Assembly: GCA_016871515.1 (NCBI GenBank)
Contig: VHDE01000013.1
Location: 518-64,517 of the forward strand
Reading direction: 5' to 3'
DNA from: Verrucomicrobiota bacterium
GTDB lineage: Bacteria > Verrucomicrobiota > Verrucomicrobiia > Limisphaerales > SIBE01
DNA: 64,000 nucleotides
Below, in pieces: positions 9,880-17,425 of the stretch. Position 1 is the first letter of the stretch, and each line of letters opens with the position of its first letter. Position numbers and translations under genes: made by a program. The notes beneath the pieces are model-generated. The model had not been told where the DNA came from and searched no databases. It saw only the letters and a program-made list of their open reading frames with translations.

Positions 9880-12009
9880 TTATTTCGTGTGAGCCAAGGG
9901 TAATAGTTCGAACTTTCCTTCCCATCCCAAACTTGCGGCGGTCCTTTTCGGAAATTCCCAGCCTTGGTCGTCGGCGTGAGATTGATAAAGACGAATCTTG
10001 GAACGTTCTGCCGCCATTGCGACCGCTTGGGGCACGTCCAGGAAGCGCAGCACATTCAAATAATCCGGCCCATCCCGATGCGAGTTGGGCACGTTTTGAA
10101 ATTCAAGCTGACTGACATTTGGTTCAAAAAGGGAAGCATAAAGACCGTTCACCGCCATCGAACCTTTCGCGCGCAACGACACGGGCGCGTTTCTCAATCC
10201 CTCAAGGGAGCGGAGCGCCTGAATGCCGCGTCGAATGTCCCAAACACGCATTGCGTCCACGGTCTCGCCCAAAAGCATATACCTGCGACGCTGTTGGAGA
10301 CGTTTGGCTTCGCTCAAGTTTGAGGCCGTTGGCCCGATGCCCCGCGGCGCGATCCACGCGAAGGCGGTGCGCTGGCTGGCTAACTCTTCTTTGATCGAAG
10401 CGAAACGACTCCCTGAAACTGCGAACTTCGTTGAGCTAGGGCCGGCCAGCGTCTCAATCTCTTGTTTGGTAAGGCTCTGAAAACTCTCGCGAAGCAGAGC
10501 CGTCCAATCCGCCCAGTCCTCATCATCCATGATCTGCACAACGAGCCGTTCAGGTTTGGCACGTGAATTCTGAAGCAGGTAGATCGGCAGTTGGACACTC
10601 GGCTGACTCGAATATTCGCAGGCTCGCAAAAGGATGCCATCATCATCGACCGAAACGAGCGGTTGCATAGTGAGTGAAAGCGCTTGATCGGGCCAAGCGC
10701 GGAAAACCTTTTCCTGCAGAGCCGCCGTCCACGCTTGGCGTTGTTCGGTCCACTGCGATGCGGAAACGGGAACAGTTGGTTTTGGCGCGAGCGGAACGAA
10801 TGTTTCGTGAATCCTGCTGGTCCGTTCATCGGCGGGCAACGTCTCGAATACTTTGAGTTGATCGGGCGTGAAGAAACGCCGGGCCGCCACTTCAATGACG
10901 GGGTCCTCGCCTTTGAGATGCCGGTTAAACCAGCGAAACACGGGCAATTGCAAATCTTGCGTGTCCTTGTGCGGCCCTTCGGTAATCAGCAAACCCAGAG
11001 AGTTGGTCGCGCCATAAAGCTTGTAGATGTTCGCAACCTTGGCATGGATGCGAGCGACTCCGTCCAAGGGAAAGATCCAGTCCTTGTCCGAATTGCAGAT
11101 CAATAACGGCCGCGGAGCAGCCAGCGCCGCGACCATCGCGTAATCCCAGCGAAAGGTATTCACGATGAACATGCAATCGCAGTGGCCTTCGACGGCGCCA
11201 TCGACGACATGATTCTGAAGGTCCGTGATCCCTGCCACGGGCGCGGCGACCTTGATGCGATCATCGAGCGCCGTGATCCACCAACTGTACGCTCCGCCGC
11301 CCGAACGGCCTGTGACTCCGATGCGGTTCGGATCGACCTCCGGACGCGACTGGAGGTAATCCACCGCGCGGAGGCTGTTCCACGCTTCGACGCCAGCCGA
11401 GCTATAACCGCGCGCATTCCACCACCACATCCCTTCGCGGTAAGTGCCGTGATGGATGCCTTGGATCTCTCCGAGTTGCACGGTGTCAACCGTCAGGCAG
11501 ACGTACCCGTTCCTCGCGAACCACGAACCATGATGCTCGTAACCAGCCTTGTTCCCGAAGCTCACGCCATTGGTGATAAGGCGGGCGTGACCGCAAAGGT
11601 AAAGAATCGCCGGCGCGGGCTTCTGCAGTTTCTTTGGCAGAAATAGATTCGCCGTGACATAGAGGCCAGGCATCGATTGAAAATGCAGTTTCTCAACCGT
11701 GAACAACTCGGAGTCGATTTTGCCTGTGATGACTGGTTTCAAATCGGTCCGCGCGGGCAGGGGAGATAAGCTCAGCATTTCGAACAACTGTTGCCGATAT
11801 TCGGTTCGTTTCGCTTTCCAGTCGTCGAGCGTCTTAATATCGGCCAAAGAGCGATTCGCTAGCGCTGCCGTGCGGCTTTTGAAGTAATCGGCGAGCATCT
11901 GATCGCCGCGCGATGGCTGGGATGATATGTCAGCTGCAAGCAAAAAAGCCGGAGACAAAGTCGCGAGCAGAGCAAGAGAATAGAGGCGTGCGCAAGCGTA
12001 GATTTTCAT
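9880..12009 (-). CDS. alpha/beta hydrolase (acetyl xylan esterase/AXE1-like N-terminal half) with C-terminal extension, secreted
   Basis: 709 aa with a signal peptide. Nucleophile elbow GVTGRSGGGAYSWW. Surrounding blocks (LYLCGH..., VAAPVAGITDL, GHCDC) are typical of AXE1/dienelactone-hydrolase-like esterases. Confidence 0.7.
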   Translation of the reverse strand: MKIYACARLYSLALLATLSPAFLLAADISSQPSRGDQMLADYFKSRTAALANRSLADIKTLDDWKAKRTEYRQQLFEMLSLSPLPARTDLKPVITGKIDSELFTVEKLHFQSMPGLYVTANLFLPKKLQKPAPAILYLCGHARLITNGVSFGNKAGYEHHGSWFARNGYVCLTVDTVQLGEIQGIHHGTYREGMWWWNARGYSSAGVEAWNSLRAVDYLQSRPEVDPNRIGVTGRSGGGAYSWWITALDDRIKVAAPVAGITDLQNHVVDGAVEGHCDCMFIVNTFRWDYAMVAALAAPRPLLICNSDKDWIFPLDGVARIHAKVANIYKLYGATNSLGLLITEGPHKDTQDLQLPVFRWFNRHLKGEDPVIEVAARRFFTPDQLKVFETLPADERTSRIHETFVPLAPKPTVPVSASQWTEQRQAWTAALQEKVFRAWPDQALSLTMQPLVSVDDDGILLRACEYSSQPSVQLPIYLLQNSRAKPERLVVQIMDDEDWADWTALLRESFQSLTKQEIETLAGPSSTKFAVSGSRFASIKEELASQRTAFAWIAPRGIGPTASNLSEAKRLQQRRRYMLLGETVDAMRVWDIRRGIQALRSLEGLRNAPVSLRAKGSMAVNGLYASLFEPNVSQLEFQNVPNSHRDGPDYLNVLRFLDVPQAVAMAAERSKIRLYQSHADDQGWEFPKRTAASLGWEGKFELLPLAHTK

Positions 12010-12063
12010 AATCCGAGTTCAAAGCATGCGACCGCAGGAATACTCCGGCAAGTATTTTGGTGC

Positions 12064-12215
12064 TTTTGGAGTGCGGCCATGGAGTCTAGTCTGCGCAATC
12101 GCCGCTTTGGCGTAAAAGAGCCAGGACGTGTCCCGAACTGCGTGGCGTTTTCGGAGTGCGGACGCCAAAGCGGTGACTCCGCAGACTCCGTCACCGCAGT
12201 CCAAGACGCTGTCGC
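12064..12215. repeat. composite REP-like palindromic region (approximate bounds)
   Basis: Duplicated motif ttttggagtgcgg / ttttcggagtgcgg. Inverted pair gccgctttggcgt / acgccaaagcggt. Hairpin gtgactccgcagactccgtcac. Confidence 0.4.
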
Positions 12216-12308
12216 GACGACGGATGCTCCGGCCCATCGGTTCTCTACTCTACAAGTGCGCGCGCTTTGGCTCTTCAGACCCAATTGGGGCCGCGCGGAC
12301 CAACTCGC

Positions 12309-13085
12309 TCACTTCACAAATTCCGGATGAATATCTTGCAACGCCGGGAATTCGTCGCGCCAGGATAAGACCTGATTCAAATCGGCGTCCGCGCTGACCG
12401 CACCTTCCTTGTCCCTGCCATCGGCAAGAACTTCCCCGCGCGGGTCAATGATTAGGCTGCGGCCCGGATAGGCGAGCTTTGGATCATTGCCAGTTCGATT
12501 GACGCCGATTACGCAAGCTTGATTTTCAATGGCGCGCGCTTGCAACAAGGTTGTCCAGTGCTGGACGCGCTTTGTTGGCCAGTTCGCGATGACGGTGAAA
12601 AGATTCGCGCCGCGACGGACGGCTGCGCGGAAGATTTCCGGAAAGCGCAGATCGTAACAAATGAAAGGCGCCACCGTGAAGCCATGCCAGTTGAACGTCA
12701 CTATATCTCCGCCGGCTTCGTAGAATTGCGATTCGCCACCAAACGAGAATGGATGGATCTTGCAATAACGAACGACTCGCTGGCCTTCCGGACCAATCAC
12801 GACGGCCTCGTTGCGTCCGCGATTGTCCCGCCCAGAGGTTACCAGCCCTCCGATCACAAAGGCGCCATGCTGCCGGGCTATCTCGGCCAGAAACGTTTCG
12901 GTTTGCGATGGCGTGTCTTCACGGATGGCCGCAACGTTCATGCTGAACCCGGTCGAGAACATTTCGGGCAAAAGCACCAACGAACCGGCCGGCACTGTGG
13001 CTGCGTCGAGCAACCGCCGGACTTTTTCGTAGTTGGCCGTTTTGTTTTCCCAAATGATATCCAATTGAATGCAGAATATCTTCAT
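12309..13085 (-). CDS. carbon-nitrogen hydrolase (nitrilase superfamily; omega-amidase/YafV-like)
   Basis: 258 aa. Motifs: LPEMFSTGF (Glu), ...YCKIHPF (Lys region), ICYDLRFPE (Cys). It overlaps the upstream aminotransferase gene by 4 bp (ATGA). Confidence 0.85.
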   Translation of the reverse strand: MKIFCIQLDIIWENKTANYEKVRRLLDAATVPAGSLVLLPEMFSTGFSMNVAAIREDTPSQTETFLAEIARQHGAFVIGGLVTSGRDNRGRNEAVVIGPEGQRVVRYCKIHPFSFGGESQFYEAGGDIVTFNWHGFTVAPFICYDLRFPEIFRAAVRRGANLFTVIANWPTKRVQHWTTLLQARAIENQACVIGVNRTGNDPKLAYPGRSLIIDPRGEVLADGRDKEGAVSADADLNQVLSWRDEFPALQDIHPEFVK

Positions 13086-14248
13086 GCGTTGAGAATGCTC
13101 TTCAAGCCGCGAGCCAGCCGGCCGATTCCTTCTGCGGCTGTCTCTTTCTTGAGCGCGCCATACGCCACGCGCAAGTAGCAGCCTTTCTCGATGCCGAACG
13201 CTGTGCCCGGTATCACCGCGACACCGAATTCGCGCACGAGTCTTTCCACGAGTTCCATCGGCTGCGCATCAGTTTCCAAGCGAAGCAAGAAATAGAACGC
13301 GCCGTCGCTTTGCGGCACGACACATCGGCTGCCGAGGCTTTTCAATTCGCCCAGGATCAACGCGCGCACTTCCGCAATCGACCGAAGTTTTTCGCGGCAA
13401 TAATTGACGCCAGCCCGCAGCGCGCCGACGGCTGCGTATTGCGAAATGACGGGCGAACAGATGAGCAACGTGTCCTGAATCTTCTTCACTGAGACCACCA
13501 GATGCTCGGGAATCACCATGTAACCGATCCGCCAACTCGCGAAACCGTATGCCTTGGACAACGAATACAGCGAAATCGTGTGGGCCGCGCTCCCGGGAAT
13601 TGACGCGGGCGAGAAATGACGCGCTCCGTCGTAGGTGAAGTACTCGTATGCTTCGTCATTGATGTGGTAAATGCCTTTCTGCCGGCATAGATCATTCACG
13701 TCGCGGAGAGCCATCTCTGAATAGACTGCGCCGGTTGGATTGTTGGGTGAAATCGTCACTACCGCGCGCGTCTGGGGCGTAATCGCTTGGCGAATCGCAT
13801 CGGGGCGCAATTGATAATTCTCATCGGTTGAAACCAGAACGGGGCGGCAACCAGCCATCACAATCGCCATCTCATGATTGAAGTAGTAGGGAGTCTGAAG
13901 AATGATTTCATCGCCAGGATCTGTGATGGCCAGCACCGCGTTCATGAAAGCGAGGTTGCCGCCGGCGGTGACGATCAACGGATTCGAATGATCGATGGCA
14001 ATTCCATTTTCGGATTTCAGTTTAGCGGCGAGGCCGTCGAGCAATTGGGGAATGCCTTGGACCGGTTTGTACTTGTGATTGTCCGGTTCGGCGAGAAACC
14101 AAGTGATCTGGTCGATCGCTTCGGGCGGAGGGCCGTAATACACTACTCCTTGACCAAGCGAGATTGTGCCAGGGCAGCTTCGGATTAACTCGGCAACTGC
14201 CGGGATGACCGGCGATTGCACGGCCTGCATGCGCAGTGGATCACGCAT
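13082..14248 (-). CDS. PLP-dependent aminotransferase, class I/II
   Basis: 388 aa. Motifs: SPNNPTG, INDEAY, and the PLP-lysine block YSLSKAYGFASWRIGYM. Confidence 0.85.
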   Translation of the reverse strand: MRDPLRMQAVQSPVIPAVAELIRSCPGTISLGQGVVYYGPPPEAIDQITWFLAEPDNHKYKPVQGIPQLLDGLAAKLKSENGIAIDHSNPLIVTAGGNLAFMNAVLAITDPGDEIILQTPYYFNHEMAIVMAGCRPVLVSTDENYQLRPDAIRQAITPQTRAVVTISPNNPTGAVYSEMALRDVNDLCRQKGIYHINDEAYEYFTYDGARHFSPASIPGSAAHTISLYSLSKAYGFASWRIGYMVIPEHLVVSVKKIQDTLLICSPVISQYAAVGALRAGVNYCREKLRSIAEVRALILGELKSLGSRCVVPQSDGAFYFLLRLETDAQPMELVERLVREFGVAVIPGTAFGIEKGCYLRVAYGALKKETAAEGIGRLARGLKSILNA

Positions 14249-14251
14249 CCA

Positions 14252-15022
14252 CTACTTCTTTTCCGCGCGCCGAATTTGAATATTGCGCAGAGCCGAGGTG
14301 GTTTGCCATGCAGCCAAACCAAAGGGAACGGAAAGTTCGATTTCCCCCGCGCGCATGCTGATCTTGCGGTCGCCAATCGGTTGGTCGACGAGTTTTTCAT
14401 CATCGATCCACGCTTCGATTTTCGGCTGCGTTACCCGGACGCGCACGCGATACCAGCGGTTCTTTTCGAAGGTCATGAATTTCGTTGTTTCGTTCTCGGA
14501 AGCGTCTGCGCCATCGATGCTGGAGATCCCAACGACAGCGCCGCCCCATCCGCCGACGATAAGAGAGCAATGGTTCGTTCCGACGGGGAAGGTGAGGCCG
14601 CAGAAAAAATCGCTGCCATCGATCTTCATCGCCTCGAACGCGACTTCGTAATCCGTTTTGGGGAGAGCATTCGTGAACGTAACGCCGGTCAACATCGCTC
14701 CGCTGTGCAACATGAGTTGGCCCTTCTCGACGCCAACCCGGCCGGCGCCGGCGAAATCGGTGGCTTTCCAACCTGCGAGCGTTTTGCCGTCGAAAAGCGG
14801 TTTCCACTCCGCGGTTAGTTGCAGTGGAGTGGTCGAATATTCTGCCTGCCCTTTGATTGCGGTAACGACGGCTTTGCCTTCTGCGGGTTTTCGCGGCGAT
14901 GATGAATCCTGGCGAGCCTGTTGGTGCATGCAACTTGCCAGCAACGCCATTCCTGAGATAAGCGAGCGCAGTGGCCAGCGAGGAGCGCTGCCAGATTTAC
15001 TTGTAATTGGGTGTTTGAACAT
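14252..15022 (-). CDS. DUF1080 (3-keto-disaccharide hydrolase-like) domain lipoprotein
   Basis: ORF 14252..15082. The ATG at 15022 gives a signal peptide with lipobox LASC. The block WKPLFDGKTLAGWKATDFAG...W.V..G.L is typical of DUF1080. Confidence 0.7.
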   Translation of the reverse strand: MFKHPITSKSGSAPRWPLRSLISGMALLASCMHQQARQDSSSPRKPAEGKAVVTAIKGQAEYSTTPLQLTAEWKPLFDGKTLAGWKATDFAGAGRVGVEKGQLMLHSGAMLTGVTFTNALPKTDYEVAFEAMKIDGSDFFCGLTFPVGTNHCSLIVGGWGGAVVGISSIDGADASENETTKFMTFEKNRWYRVRVRVTQPKIEAWIDDEKLVDQPIGDRKISMRAGEIELSVPFGLAAWQTTSALRNIQIRRAEKK

Positions 15023-15236
15023 AAGCAGGATTGGACATCCTTTCGCCGAAATGCGCCAGTCTGAAAAGCGTGGTTGCAGCAATCAGGCAGGGACGGCGCG
15101 CCGCGCTGTCCTGCTTTCTGCAAGACAATGCCCCGGAACAACTCTTGGGTGCACTGCTTCGCTTGGAGAGCGCACCGCCCGTTCGCCGCCGGCTGTTTTA
15201 TTCGCGCGCTGTCCCTCGACTCTGTGCAAAACTGCC

Positions 15237-17300
15237 CTACGGGATCACGGCGAAATTCAAGTAACCGATGAACATCTCTTCGTAGGTTTGTTCGCCAAAG
15301 CGCACGGTTACCGAAGGATCGGGGTTCTCGAGGTTCTGCGCCGAGTTGTCGAAGGCGCCGGTGCAGCGCACAATCGTTCCGGCCGGGAGCCGCTTGGGCT
15401 GAGCGAGACGATAGAGCGTTTGCCAGTGGAAATCGTATTTGGGAACCGAGAGCAGGACTTCACTGGTTCCGTTCGGATACATTGCCTCAAATTTGAAGCG
15501 CGATCCGCGGTAATGCATGTGCGGCGAGACTTCGTACAGCCAAACATCCCGCGTGGCCGAAGGCGTAACGTAAGCCTCGCGCGCGTAATCTTTCTCGCCC
15601 GGCGGCACGGCAATATCCAATGTGAAGGCGGATCGAGTCACCAATTCCATGGTCGGTGGTTCGCGCAGGAAATAGAGACCGACTTGTGTTTGATCCGTCT
15701 CCGTTTTGCCTGTGGTCGTGTAATGCATTTGAACCGTCAGGGCCGAATCTTTGCGCAGGAATTTGCCCGTGCCAGCGGGATATGCTTCTTGCTTCATGCC
15801 GGGGACGTATGCGGCGAAATATCCGTTCAAACCGCCCGCGTTCAATATAACCTCAGCTAGGGAACCGGCGAAAACGAGGCTGTGATGGACAACCCGCGTG
15901 TTACCAGGCAGCACGACGGCCGCGCGCAACCAGACATTGGACGGAATTCTTGCGACGACTTGAGGATGTTTGTAAGGAACGTGGCCGGTCGCCGGAATCG
16001 TTTGCCGCGGAATCGATATGACGTAGTCAGGTTTTCCCAACGACGCCGGCCATGTTGCGGGATAATCAGCTGGCGGCGGGGTGCTAGCAAAGGTTTCGGC
16101 CAACGGGTCTGGCCCACTGCCTCGAGGCGCCCCGTCGTCAATCCACTGGAGTAAGATCGCTGCCTCGGCTGGCTTTAGGGACACATCGTTGGCAAACAAC
16201 CCGTGAGCCGGATCAGCGTGCCACGGCGGCATGCGACCAGTAAGGACTTCGGTCCTGATCGACGAAGCAAAGGCCTGCACGACGGCATGATTCGTCATCG
16301 ACCACGGACCAATGTTGCCGGGACTATGACAGCTAACGCAGTTTTTCACCAGGAGCGGTCCGACATCGGCCGAGTAGGAGATGGGCGTCCTTGGCAACTC
16401 GATGGGGCAACCCGAGGCGCGCGTTTGGTGAATAGATATCGGGTGATCCGCCAGAAAACGGGTCAGCGCATTCGCAAGATAATGCTGCCTTGTGCCTGGT
16501 GGTGTTGAATCGGCCCCTCCGTCATTGATAGCTCCGCGATAAAAAACGGTCCAATCAGTTGCGTTAACGGCGACGATCTCCGGCGCGATCGAAACACCAA
16601 ACGCGCGCGCGACTAACTGCCCTCGATCTCGCAAAACGGGCAAGCCTGGCGCCGAATTCGCCACTTGTGCGGAAACGGTTGAACGGGCTTCGGCGCTGGT
16701 GTCAATCACCCAGAAGAGCACGCCTTGCGAAGCATATTGATCGCGGAGCGAGGCTAACACTGCCAGCATCTGTTGATGCTGAGGACAAGTGCTGTCCGTA
16801 AATGCGAGCACCACCGCTCGTTCGGTCGAGTTATAATAAAGCTCGCGTGACACGCCGAGGTTATCGATCAGCCGGAAGTTATACGCCGGCGGAGGTTCGA
16901 TGGCGCCGGTTGGGCTCAACAGACGGTAAAAGCGCTGCGGCGCCGTAAGCGAAGCAGAATCGAACCATTGATGCGAGTTGGTGGCCAGCGTCAGTGCCAT
17001 TAGCAAGCCCCAACTATCGGGAGCGGCGGGAGTGGAGGTCTGCTCGACGAGGAATCGATCTCCGACCTTCCCGCTGATCTCGAGTTTCAACGGCGCTGGC
17101 CCGCGGTGAATGGACAATTTCGGCGATTGCGCTTGGGCGGTCCCGGCAAACCAAACGCACACGCCTAGAGTACAGGTAAGTTGTAGAGCACGCACAATGG
17201 GCTGACCGTCGCATGACGCGCCGGTTTGTGCAATCCTGAATTCCGATTTTTCGCCATTTTCGCCACTTTCGGGCTGTCGGGAATTCCCAAACCAGAACAC
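15237..17300 (-). CDS. secreted multidomain redox protein: thioredoxin/redoxin-like + c-type heme motif + PHM/DBH-like (HxH...M) C-terminal domain
   Basis: 687 aa. Redoxin-like segment VVLAFTDSTCPQHQQ. CXXCH motif CVSCHSPGNIGPW followed by MPPW. The C-terminal SPHMHYRGSRFKFEA...DFHWQ resembles copper monooxygenase-type folds. The start is uncertain and the domain calls are by eye. Confidence 0.55.
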   Translation of the reverse strand: MFWFGNSRQPESGENGEKSEFRIAQTGASCDGQPIVRALQLTCTLGVCVWFAGTAQAQSPKLSIHRGPAPLKLEISGKVGDRFLVEQTSTPAAPDSWGLLMALTLATNSHQWFDSASLTAPQRFYRLLSPTGAIEPPPAYNFRLIDNLGVSRELYYNSTERAVVLAFTDSTCPQHQQMLAVLASLRDQYASQGVLFWVIDTSAEARSTVSAQVANSAPGLPVLRDRGQLVARAFGVSIAPEIVAVNATDWTVFYRGAINDGGADSTPPGTRQHYLANALTRFLADHPISIHQTRASGCPIELPRTPISYSADVGPLLVKNCVSCHSPGNIGPWSMTNHAVVQAFASSIRTEVLTGRMPPWHADPAHGLFANDVSLKPAEAAILLQWIDDGAPRGSGPDPLAETFASTPPPADYPATWPASLGKPDYVISIPRQTIPATGHVPYKHPQVVARIPSNVWLRAAVVLPGNTRVVHHSLVFAGSLAEVILNAGGLNGYFAAYVPGMKQEAYPAGTGKFLRKDSALTVQMHYTTTGKTETDQTQVGLYFLREPPTMELVTRSAFTLDIAVPPGEKDYAREAYVTPSATRDVWLYEVSPHMHYRGSRFKFEAMYPNGTSEVLLSVPKYDFHWQTLYRLAQPKRLPAGTIVRCTGAFDNSAQNLENPDPSVTVRFGEQTYEEMFIGYLNFAVIP

Positions 17301-17425
17301 ATGAGATTGGAACAGGAGAAAACAAAGGAAGCGAAGGTCCGGCAGTTTCGACTCTGACAGAGTCTAAGTCAATAACGTCCTGAAATGCGCTTGCTTTTTT
17401 TGGATCGCACGTCCTGATATACGGC

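Noticed and set aside
14658-15860. 400-aa plus-strand ORF, one of many long ORFs (>200 aa). Others are at 5500-6264, 12519-13178, 18188-18949, 20991-21722, 22629-23609, 24413-25627, 37288-38157, 39219-40040, 50795-51679, 52070-52963, 55862-56650, 58171-59139 and 59724-61037.
   Set aside because: All are antisense to, or out of frame with, genes that carry clear family motifs. Their products are Arg/Gly/Pro-rich with no motifs. This is the expected artefact of GC-rich DNA with few stop codons.
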